Below, piece by piece: positions 23,807 through 30,552 of a DNA stretch of 30,552 nucleotides. Origin of the DNA: an uncultured Gammaproteobacteria bacterium (GTDB lineage Bacteria; Patescibacteriota; Microgenomatia; UBA12405; CAZMUE01). Position numbers and translations under genes: made by a program. The notes under the pieces are model-generated. The model was not told the origin of the DNA, ran no database searches, and was given only the letters and a program-made list of their open reading frames with translations. The stretch is taken from the NCBI GenBank assembly GCA_964569725.1, contig CAZMUE010000001.1:1-30552 (forward strand). Reading direction: 5' to 3'. Positions within the stretch are counted from its first letter, which is position 1; the number at the start of each line of letters is the position of its first letter.

Positions 23807-24923
23807 TAAACATTGTTTTTATAACTGCTATTTCTCTTTCCGCTGTCTTCTCCCAATTAAAACGTCTGGCATTAACCAAAGCTTCTTTGGTTAATTTTTG
23901 CCGTAGTTCATTGTTTTCAAGAATTTCTATAACTGCTCTTGCGAAAGCAACCTTATCTCCTTGGCTGATCTTAATCATCCCTTGGGGAAAAATTTCCGCA
24001 AAGACCGGCAGATCCCAAGCCACTACTGGCAAGCCCAAAGCCTGAGCTTCTACTAAAACCAAGCCAAAACCTTCCTCATAAGAAGGAAAAATGAAAACCT
24101 TGGCTGATTTTATGGTCTCAAAGGCGAGTTGATTGGGCAGGAAACCTAAAAGATCAATATTTTTATTCACTTGTTTAACCACAATTTTTCCCCTGAGCCC
24201 TGCGATGATTTTCTCTTCCCCTTTGCCAATGATCGCCAGTCTTGCTTGAGGAATTATTTTAATCACCTCTTGCCAGATCTCCGGTAAATCAAGGATGCCT
24301 TTAGAACGCCTAAGCTGCGCCATGAAAACTGCTTCGTATCCATGCTTCTTTGTTTTGATCTTCTCCGGATCTTTAATCCCGATTCCCGAATAATTCACGA
24401 AGATCTTTTTTAGGCTAAAACCCAAACTTATTAATTGGCTTTTTAAAAGCTTGCTGTTAACCGAAATCTGATCCGCTTTTGACTTTATTAAGATAAAGCT
24501 TAATTTTTGAAACAACCAGGCAATCTTCCTGGCCTTAGGAATTAAATGGTGAAGTCTTTGAAACCAAAGAGTCTTTCTTTTTCTTAACTTCATGAAAAAG
24601 GCAGGAATAACATCTGGCAAAGCATCAGAACTGACTATCAACAAATCTCTGGAATCAAGATTAATTTTCAGAAAGATGGCCAGAAAAATTCTTTTAAGAT
24701 AGATTATCCATGGATTATTGAATTTCTTTTCTTTTGTTGTTAATAAATATTCTGCCTCCAAACCGTTTTCCTGGCAAAGCTCTTTACCTAATAAAGAGGT
24801 AATAATTATTTTGGGGTGGTTCTTCTCCCTTTTAAGAATTTCAATTAGGGCAATATCCGCTCCACTCTTGCCTTGAGAAAAGGCATTCATAAAAGCAATT
24901 ATTTTCTTATTCTTTGCTGCCAT
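23799..24923 (-). CDS. GT4 (GT-B) glycosyltransferase
   Basis: KSGAD, F....R.SKG.LDL and FPSYEEGFGLVLVEA (EX7E). ATG 24923 (MAAKNK) is preferred over 25019, which would overlap the upstream gene by 121 nt. Confidence 0.87.
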   Translation of the reverse strand: MAAKNKKIIAFMNAFSQGKSGADIALIEILKREKNHPKIIITSLLGKELCQENGLEAEYLLTTKEKKFNNPWIIYLKRIFLAIFLKINLDSRDLLIVSSDALPDVIPAFFMKLRKRKTLWFQRLHHLIPKARKIAWLFQKLSFILIKSKADQISVNSKLLKSQLISLGFSLKKIFVNYSGIGIKDPEKIKTKKHGYEAVFMAQLRRSKGILDLPEIWQEVIKIIPQARLAIIGKGEEKIIAGLRGKIVVKQVNKNIDLLGFLPNQLAFETIKSAKVFIFPSYEEGFGLVLVEAQALGLPVVAWDLPVFAEIFPQGMIKISQGDKVAFARAVIEILENNELRQKLTKEALVNARRFNWEKTAEREIAVIKTMFNE

Positions 24924-25759
24924 TTTTTTATTAAAGCTGGTAAGTAAGTAAAACCCACTCCGATTCTCAAAACATAGATCCCCAAAACCAAGAATGGGTG
25001 GCTCAAAAACCTTTTCCACTTGCCTTTTTCTAAGAAGATACCAAAATAGCGATAACAGAAATCAAACTGCAGCTGAGTTTCTTTAGTGCCCCATTTTTTA
25101 AAGTATTGACTAAAATTCTTCTGATAATAACCTTTCTTGGCCAAATAATTTTTGAGGTTAAAATCAGGTTCATGATGATAAATCACTGCTCCCAGATCCC
25201 TGGCAAGCAACCCGATTTTCCCTTCTTTTCTAACTCTTTTGTCTAAATCCCAATCCTCGCAGGCAAACAAGTCTTCATCAAAACCATTGACCTTCTTAAA
25301 GGCTTTTCTTTCTAAGAACCTTGGGGCATCAATCATCGTCCCGTCATAAAAGCTTCTTTCTAAATTCCTGACTTTTGCCCAAAAAGAACTTCCCGGAATC
25401 ACCTCAGGCAGATAAAGAGCGACCAGATTCTCTTTCTCTGCCTTAAGAACAGCCTCTTTAATCACATTTCTTGAAAGACTCATGTCTGCATCTAAATAAA
25501 AAAGGTATTTGCCCTTGGCTTTTTTCAGCATGCCGAAGTTACGCTGGGCTGACCTTTCCTGGCCATAAGTAAAAACCTTATTAGTATATTGACGGCTAAT
25601 TTCTTTGGTTCTATCCGTAGATGTTGGGTTATCAACAACAATGATTTCTATTCTCTCCTGAGGATAATCTTGATTCTTCAGGCTTTGCAAACAGCGACTA
25701 ATATTTTTTTCTTCATTTTTGGTGGGGATAACCACAGAAACCAAAGGTCGAATTTTCAT
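24899..25759 (-). CDS. GT2 glycosyltransferase
   Basis: VSVVIPTKNEE, VVDN..STD.T, ERSAQRN.G, YLDAD and GFDE.L.ACEDWDL. Confidence 0.88.
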   Translation of the reverse strand: MKIRPLVSVVIPTKNEEKNISRCLQSLKNQDYPQERIEIIVVDNPTSTDRTKEISRQYTNKVFTYGQERSAQRNFGMLKKAKGKYLFYLDADMSLSRNVIKEAVLKAEKENLVALYLPEVIPGSSFWAKVRNLERSFYDGTMIDAPRFLERKAFKKVNGFDEDLFACEDWDLDKRVRKEGKIGLLARDLGAVIYHHEPDFNLKNYLAKKGYYQKNFSQYFKKWGTKETQLQFDFCYRYFGIFLEKGKWKRFLSHPFLVLGIYVLRIGVGFTYLPALIKKWQQRIRK

Positions 25760-25762
25760 TTG

Positions 25763-26209
25763 CTAGTAGCCCACAAAACTTTTTAACGAAAAGCCATTTA
25801 AGAGTCTATAGCTGAAAAAATAGGCCAAAGGGTGATGGCGGAAAGAGAAATTATCAAAGGCAATATGGAAAAAATAAGATAAAGCCAAAACCCAATTGAG
25901 ATTCTTTATCCCTAATTTATTACCCAACGCTTTACCTATTAAAAACATCAGCGGAATGAATTCCCAGCCGTGAAAAAAGATATAGGCTTTCTGCGAAGGG
26001 CCGACATAATTCTCCACGTTAAGAAATTCTACTAAGTCAAAAGAGATTCCGGCATGAAGCCAATAATCAAACCAGTGGTCGACATCAATGAAAAAGCCTA
26101 CCAGAAAGCTAGCCAGAACCAATCGCCAATCTCTGGCCTTTTTCCAAAAGAAAAAGGCCACTAATCCCGATAATGAGAAATGGATAATTTCATGAGCCAA
26201 AAGATCCAT
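25763..26209 (-). CDS. Small membrane-bound putative metal-dependent hydrolase (YdjM-like)
   Basis: HEIIH (H-x3-H), DVDH, FFHG and HIAFD (H-x3-D) lie in or near TM helices. Confidence 0.62.
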   Translation of the reverse strand: MDLLAHEIIHFSLSGLVAFFFWKKARDWRLVLASFLVGFFIDVDHWFDYWLHAGISFDLVEFLNVENYVGPSQKAYIFFHGWEFIPLMFLIGKALGNKLGIKNLNWVLALSYFFHIAFDNFSFRHHPLAYFFSYRLLNGFSLKSFVGY

Positions 26210-27671
26210 TTTTTCTTTTTCCTTTGAAATCTAAAAGCCTACTAATATATTTTAAAACAAACCAAAGATAGGCTTTGAATTTGACTCTACTGGTCAAGCC
26301 TTCTCTTAATTTCCTCACCAGGAACTGGGGCGTCCAAACAAAAGCATAGCTTTTTCTCACTAAGGCCATAATCTCTTCATCTAAAAGGGCGGTTTTGAGA
26401 ATCGGTTCTTTCATATCATAAGCATCCCAATCTAAAGTTTTCAGCCATTTTTTCTTTTGAGCCTCTTTGAACAAAGAGGTACCCGGATAAGGGATAGCCA
26501 CTGTCGCCTGCCAGCTATCTACCAGTCCCCTGGCAATCAAGCCCCTAGTAAAGGCTAGAGTCTTGAAAACAGCTTTTTTATCTTCCCATGGGTAGCCGAA
26601 CATAATGGTAATATGAGGAGAAAGGCCTGCCCTTTTGGCCAGCCTTAAGGCTGGCTCAATCTGCTCAACCTTCAGGTTTTTATTAAGTTTATCTAATGTC
26701 TCTTGATTGGCAGATTCTAGACCATAGAGCAGGAAACGGAAACCAGCTCTAGCCATTAGCTGATAGTCTTTTTCAGTTAAGCCCGAATTGAGTCTCATGT
26801 TGGCGCTAATTTTGATTTTTTTATGGTAGCCGCGCCTAATCATTCCCTGGCAAAATCCCCTTAGCCATTTACCAGTAGGGAATGTTCCAGAATCATCCAT
26901 GATTTCTTTAACGGGATAATTTTCCAGAAGATAACCAACTTCATCTAAAGCTCTTTTAACGCTCATGATGCGATAGCAGTTACTAGGAAAAAGGGTTGTC
27001 CAAGAACAGAAACTACATTTTCCCCACCAACAATCACGGCCAAACATTGTATAGGTTCCTGGTATCTGGCCATAATTACTGTTCTTATAAGCATAAAGCT
27101 GCCATTGAGTCAGATCTCGATCAATAAAAGGCAGTTTGTCCAGGTCGTGATTCAGCCTGAAGAAACCAGTAGTTTTGATTCTTCTGCCCTGACGATACCA
27201 AATACCTGGTTCTAGTTTTTCTTTTCGAGTTAGGTAATTAACCAGATTTAAGAGTAAGAAATCATAATCTCCCCCAGTCAAAACATAGTCTACCCTTGAC
27301 TTCTGCAGGCTCTCTTTGGGCAGAGCAGTAACATGATCTCCGGCTAAAACCACCATCGTTTTTAATCTTTTTTTAAGCTCGTTAATAATCTGCCAGTGCT
27401 TTTTTACTGCTGGAGTTTTACTTTCTAAGAAGATCAGGTCTGGCCCTATCTTCTTAACTTCGCTTAACCATCTTTTATATCCCCAGCCTTGACTAATACC
27501 GTCCAGCCAAAAAACTTGATAACCAACTCTCTTAAGCATCGTCGCTGCGTAAGCTGAAACCATCGGATAAGCTGTCCAGGCTGTTTTTGCCCATTGGAAT
27601 TGACGATTCTGGCCTAAAAGAGGAATTCCTTTAGATGATTCTAGCGGCGGGTAAGCCACAATAACTTTCAT
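26190..27671 (-). CDS. Cobalamin-binding-domain radical SAM protein (class B methyltransferase-like)
   Basis: N-terminal B12-binding-like domain (PDLI....TP, GDHVTALP.E, DYVL.G), CWWGKCSFC cluster motif, MDDSGTF, GLESANQETL, MFGYPWE and IPYPGT.LF. Start could be ATG 27671, 27677 or 27683. Confidence 0.85.
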   Translation of the reverse strand: MKVIVAYPPLESSKGIPLLGQNRQFQWAKTAWTAYPMVSAYAATMLKRVGYQVFWLDGISQGWGYKRWLSEVKKIGPDLIFLESKTPAVKKHWQIINELKKRLKTMVVLAGDHVTALPKESLQKSRVDYVLTGGDYDFLLLNLVNYLTRKEKLEPGIWYRQGRRIKTTGFFRLNHDLDKLPFIDRDLTQWQLYAYKNSNYGQIPGTYTMFGRDCWWGKCSFCSWTTLFPSNCYRIMSVKRALDEVGYLLENYPVKEIMDDSGTFPTGKWLRGFCQGMIRRGYHKKIKISANMRLNSGLTEKDYQLMARAGFRFLLYGLESANQETLDKLNKNLKVEQIEPALRLAKRAGLSPHITIMFGYPWEDKKAVFKTLAFTRGLIARGLVDSWQATVAIPYPGTSLFKEAQKKKWLKTLDWDAYDMKEPILKTALLDEEIMALVRKSYAFVWTPQFLVRKLREGLTSRVKFKAYLWFVLKYISRLLDFKGKRKNGSFGS

Positions 27672-27702
27672 TGCCATTAGCATACCACGAATGTAGTATA
27701 CT
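27671..27702. promoter_or_regulatory. Putative bidirectional promoter: palindrome AGTATACT gives TATACT on both strands; also TTGCCA-N17-TAGTAT on +
   Basis: AGTATACT at 27695-27702 lies 11 nt from ATG 27714 (+) and 11 nt from ATG 27683 (-). TTGCCA at 27671-27676 and TAGTAT at 27694-27699. Confidence 0.5.
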
Positions 27703-27713
27703 CTAATCAAAAT

Positions 27714-28355
27714 ATGCTCAGAAGATTGGCTCATCGTTTTTTAGATTCAGTCCTTCCACCCCCAAGAGATTTCGCTGGTTATGAATCCTTGATTAAGTTT
27801 ATTAAAAAGAATCAGATTCTTAAGCTCGAGGGCGATCTAGTTGAGATCGGAACCCTCTTCGGCGGCGGTGCCCGTAAATTGGCTAAACTTCTAGAAAAAG
27901 AAAAAAGCGATAAAAAACTCTATGTCGTTGATATCTTCGACTTAGAAAAGGATAAAAGTATTACCGCTCAGGGAAGGGCTATGACTAATATCTATAAGGA
28001 AATTCTTGAAAGGTTCGGACCAAAACGCAGTCAATGGGAAGTCTTTCTTTTAACTACTCGAAATTGTCCTAATATTTTTACTATTAAGAAGGATTCTAAA
28101 AAGGCTAAGCTGCCAACCCAGAAAGTCTGTTTTTGCTTCATCGATGGTAATCATCAACCCGATTATGTCAAAAATGATTTTTATCTTATCTGGAAGAAAC
28201 TTGTTTCTCGAGGCTTGGTAGCTTTCCATGATTACAATTCCAATCTACCGCTAGTGACTAAAGCCGTTAATCAACTGCTGAAGCGGCATTATCGCCAAAT
28301 TGATAAGACTACCTATGACCCCAAGAACACCATCCTTTACGTTGAAAAAAAATAA
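27714..28355 (+). CDS. Class I SAM-dependent methyltransferase (Methyltransf_24/TylF-like)
   Basis: GDLVEIGTLFGGG, YVVDIF, FIDGNH....VKNDF and GLVAFHDY. Confidence 0.85.
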   Translation: MLRRLAHRFLDSVLPPPRDFAGYESLIKFIKKNQILKLEGDLVEIGTLFGGGARKLAKLLEKEKSDKKLYVVDIFDLEKDKSITAQGRAMTNIYKEILERFGPKRSQWEVFLLTTRNCPNIFTIKKDSKKAKLPTQKVCFCFIDGNHQPDYVKNDFYLIWKKLVSRGLVAFHDYNSNLPLVTKAVNQLLKRHYRQIDKTTYDPKNTILYVEKK

Positions 28356-28374
28356 TGACTAAGGCAACAAAAAG

Positions 28375-30201
28375 ATGCTTACCGGAAAACAAAAAAAATA
28401 TTTAAAAAAGAATCTCCGCAAACTCAGTCCAAGTAAAATCGCCAGAAAGCTTGGCGTTTCTGAAGAGATTATTAGGGAGTATCTGAAGAAAAAATGGAAA
28501 GGCAAAAAATATCAGAAATTCCAAAGTCTGCACCTCTCCCTGAATAGAAAAAGCCTGGTTTCTAGAATTACCAAATTTAATTTTAAGGATTGGCTTAAGA
28601 AAAACCGCTTCCAGCTTTTAATCATTGCTTTTCTGACTTTCGTGGTTTACGCAAACGGCATCAGCAATGAGTTTGTTTCTGACGATGTTGCTGGCATTTT
28701 GCAGAATCCGGCCATCGGCCAACTAGATCATGTTTTTGCCAATCCTCCCGGGATTATGCAACCACTGATTTTCTTTATCATCCATGAAGTCTTTGGCAAG
28801 ATTCCGGCTGCCTTCAGAACGGTCAATATTTTCTTTCATTTGGCTAATTGTCTTCTGGTTTATCTTTCTGTTTCTTTATTAGTCAATCGCTCAGCTGCTT
28901 TTTTTGGCGCCGCCCTAGCCGCTGTTCATCCCCTAATGGTAGAGTCAGTGACCTGGATTTCCGGAGGTATTTACGCTCAATATAGTTTCTTCTTGCTCTT
29001 GGGTTTAGTTTTTTATCTCTTTTCTCTTAAAGATAAACGCTTTTATTGCCTCACCATTCTTGCTTTTATTGTCGGTCTAATTTCCTCTGAAAAAGCCATG
29101 GTCTTCCCTTTTATTCTCCTAGCCCTCCATTTAAGCTATCCCAAAGATTTTAAAGGTTGGCAAAAGCTAATCATTCCCTTTCTGATTGGTTTCACCTGGA
29201 TCAGTTTTTATGTCGGTAAAGTTCCCGAAAGAATCAGCATTCTTAAAAATGTCCATTACGAGCAAGCCCAAACCATTAATCCTTTGCTGCAAATACCTAT
29301 TGCTATTGGCTCCTATCTGCAAATGACTTTTTGGCCAACTGGATTAACCCTTTATCACACCGAGCTTCATTTTTCTGTTCCCGTGTTCGTTTCTAAGGTT
29401 CTTGTCCTCTTGGTTTATCTTTTTTTTCTCGGCTATTCTTTCTTCCGTAAGAAAAAATACTTTTTCTGGCTCTCTCTTTTCGGAATTGCTCTTTCACCGA
29501 CTTTGACTCCTTTTGGCATCTCTTGGATTATCGCTGAACGCTATGCCTATTTAGGATTATTCGGTATTTTTGTCAGCCTAGGCCTCTTACTCGCCAGACT
29601 AGGCCGCAGAAAGGACCGCAAAATGATAATCGCCATCCTTTTTGCTCTTATTATTTTTGGCTTTTCAGCTCGAACTATTGTTAGAAATATTGACTGGAAA
29701 AACCAGGATAATCTTTGGATTGCGGCTGCCAAAACTTCACCCTCAAGCTCACAAAACCACAATAACTTAGGCGATATGTACGCTCGTCATAATGATTTGG
29801 ATAAGGCTATTGAGGAGTTTGAAATCGCCATCAAGTTGAAGCCTGGCTATGCTGACGCTTACCATAATCTCGCTAACATCTACTTGCGCAAAGAAGAAAT
29901 GGATAAAGCCATTGCTGGTTATGAAAAAGCTTTAGAGCTTAATCCCAATATCTGGCAATCGCACCAGAACTTGGCTGCTATTTATTTCAATCAGAATAAT
30001 CCAGAAGAAGCAGAAAAACACTTAAGGGCTGCTTTAGAAATTAACCCTAAAGAGACTAGTCTTTATCCAGACCTAGCTATTATCCTCTTTAGAAAAGGCC
30101 AAAAGCAGGCCAGCCTTGATCTTCTCAATCAAGCCTTGCAAATAGATCCCGATAATCAAAAGGCTAGAGATCTATTTATCCAGATCAAACAGACTAATTA
30201 A
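28375..30201 (+). CDS. TMTC-like GT-C protein O-glycosyltransferase with four C-terminal TPRs and an N-terminal HTH-like extension
   Basis: EFVSDD..ILQNP, HPLMVESVTWISG, SEKAM.FP, AERYAYL and RNIDWKN..NLW followed by TPRs match TMTC/DUF1736-type transferases. Confidence 0.83.
   Translation: MLTGKQKKYLKKNLRKLSPSKIARKLGVSEEIIREYLKKKWKGKKYQKFQSLHLSLNRKSLVSRITKFNFKDWLKKNRFQLLIIAFLTFVVYANGISNEFVSDDVAGILQNPAIGQLDHVFANPPGIMQPLIFFIIHEVFGKIPAAFRTVNIFFHLANCLLVYLSVSLLVNRSAAFFGAALAAVHPLMVESVTWISGGIYAQYSFFLLLGLVFYLFSLKDKRFYCLTILAFIVGLISSEKAMVFPFILLALHLSYPKDFKGWQKLIIPFLIGFTWISFYVGKVPERISILKNVHYEQAQTINPLLQIPIAIGSYLQMTFWPTGLTLYHTELHFSVPVFVSKVLVLLVYLFFLGYSFFRKKKYFFWLSLFGIALSPTLTPFGISWIIAERYAYLGLFGIFVSLGLLLARLGRRKDRKMIIAILFALIIFGFSARTIVRNIDWKNQDNLWIAAAKTSPSSSQNHNNLGDMYARHNDLDKAIEEFEIAIKLKPGYADAYHNLANIYLRKEEMDKAIAGYEKALELNPNIWQSHQNLAAIYFNQNNPEEAEKHLRAALEINPKETSLYPDLAIILFRKGQKQASLDLLNQALQIDPDNQKARDLFIQIKQTN
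29749..30156 (+). repeat. Four tandem 34-aa tetratricopeptide repeats (protein-level)
   Basis: SQNHNNLG...KPGY / ADAYHNLA...NPNI / WQSHQNLA...NPKE / TSLYPDLA...DPDN, each 34 aa. Confidence 0.9.
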
Positions 30202-30552
30202 TCTTTTCTTAAGCCCCGAGAGCTAAAAAAACCTTTCAGGAAGAAAAATCCATAGTAAAAATGAGTTATGAGAATGACTAGCATCGTCGTCATCGCTAGG
30301 GCTAAACTACTTCTTTTCAGAAAAATTTCAAAGCCCGCGATTAGGAGAAAGAGGGCATATAAAGAAATCCCTAGCCGGTATACGGACCAGAGATTAAAAA
30401 GCTGGGCAATTATTGGTCCAAGAAAAAAACCAATCAAGAAAAGGCTCGGCAAAAGATAGCCTAATCTTAAGGATGTTTTTGGCAAGACTCTGGCAAAGTG
30501 ACCTCGCTGCGCTCCATAGCGAGAAATCTGTTTTAAATGACCCTTAAAGATG
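30198..30552 (-). CDS. C-terminal TM end of a GT2 glycosyltransferase (5'-truncated by window edge)
   Basis: Frame stays open to the window end: ...IFKGHLKQISRYGAQRGHFARVLPKTSLRLGYLLPSLF...THFYYG...LKG, typical of ExoA-like GT2 C-termini. The ORF-track TTG at 30485 is internal. Confidence 0.72.
   Translation of the reverse strand, partial: IFKGHLKQISRYGAQRGHFARVLPKTSLRLGYLLPSLFLIGFFLGPIIAQLFNLWSVYRLGISLYALFLLIAGFEIFLKRSSLALAMTTMLVILITHFYYGFFFLKGFFSSRGLRKD

Noticed and set aside
24924-25019. ORF-track N-terminal extension of the GT4
   Set aside because: It would overlap the upstream GT2 by 121 nt. MAAKNKKIIAFM is the expected GT4 start.
1-30552. CRISPR arrays, tRNA/rRNA, IS/transposase/integrase, DGR template repeats
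   Set aside because: No spaced direct repeats, no non-coding gap above about 103 nt, and no recombinase or RT motifs seen. A formal self-dotplot and Infernal scan were not run.

Overview
The whole 30.5-kb window is one gene-dense, AT-rich cell-surface glycosylation locus of about 27 CDS in six alternating transcription units. I found no RNA genes, CRISPR arrays or mobile elements. Contents: (i) heptose-precursor genes (GmhB-type phosphatase plus a TalC-type transaldolase); (ii) three DPM1/GtrB-like GT2s (one frameshifted), an ArnE/F-like small flippase and five predicted GT-C-type membrane glycosyltransferases (ArnT/PMT-like, a 959-aa uncharacterised protein, YfhO, GT87-like, and TMTC-like with TPRs); (iii) a 14-gene minus-strand operon with Wzm/Wzt (Wzt carries a C-terminal carbohydrate-binding domain), GT2/GT4 enzymes, an SDR epimerase, methyltransferases and a B12-radical SAM enzyme. 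The most interesting element is a methyltransferase followed by a kinase-like/coiled-coil/GT2 protein next to wzm-wzt. It looks like a glycan chain-terminator and molecular-ruler system combining WbdD-like capping with WbbB-like single-polypeptide architecture. Also notable: an HTH-like N-terminus on the TMTC-like transferase, a CX4CX2C radical SAM motif, a 1-nt frameshift in a GT2, and several apparently leaderless or bidirectional promoters. The gene style suggests a Patescibacteria (CPR, possibly Microgenomates) genome, but this is inference only. All family calls come from motif recognition by eye, not database searches.
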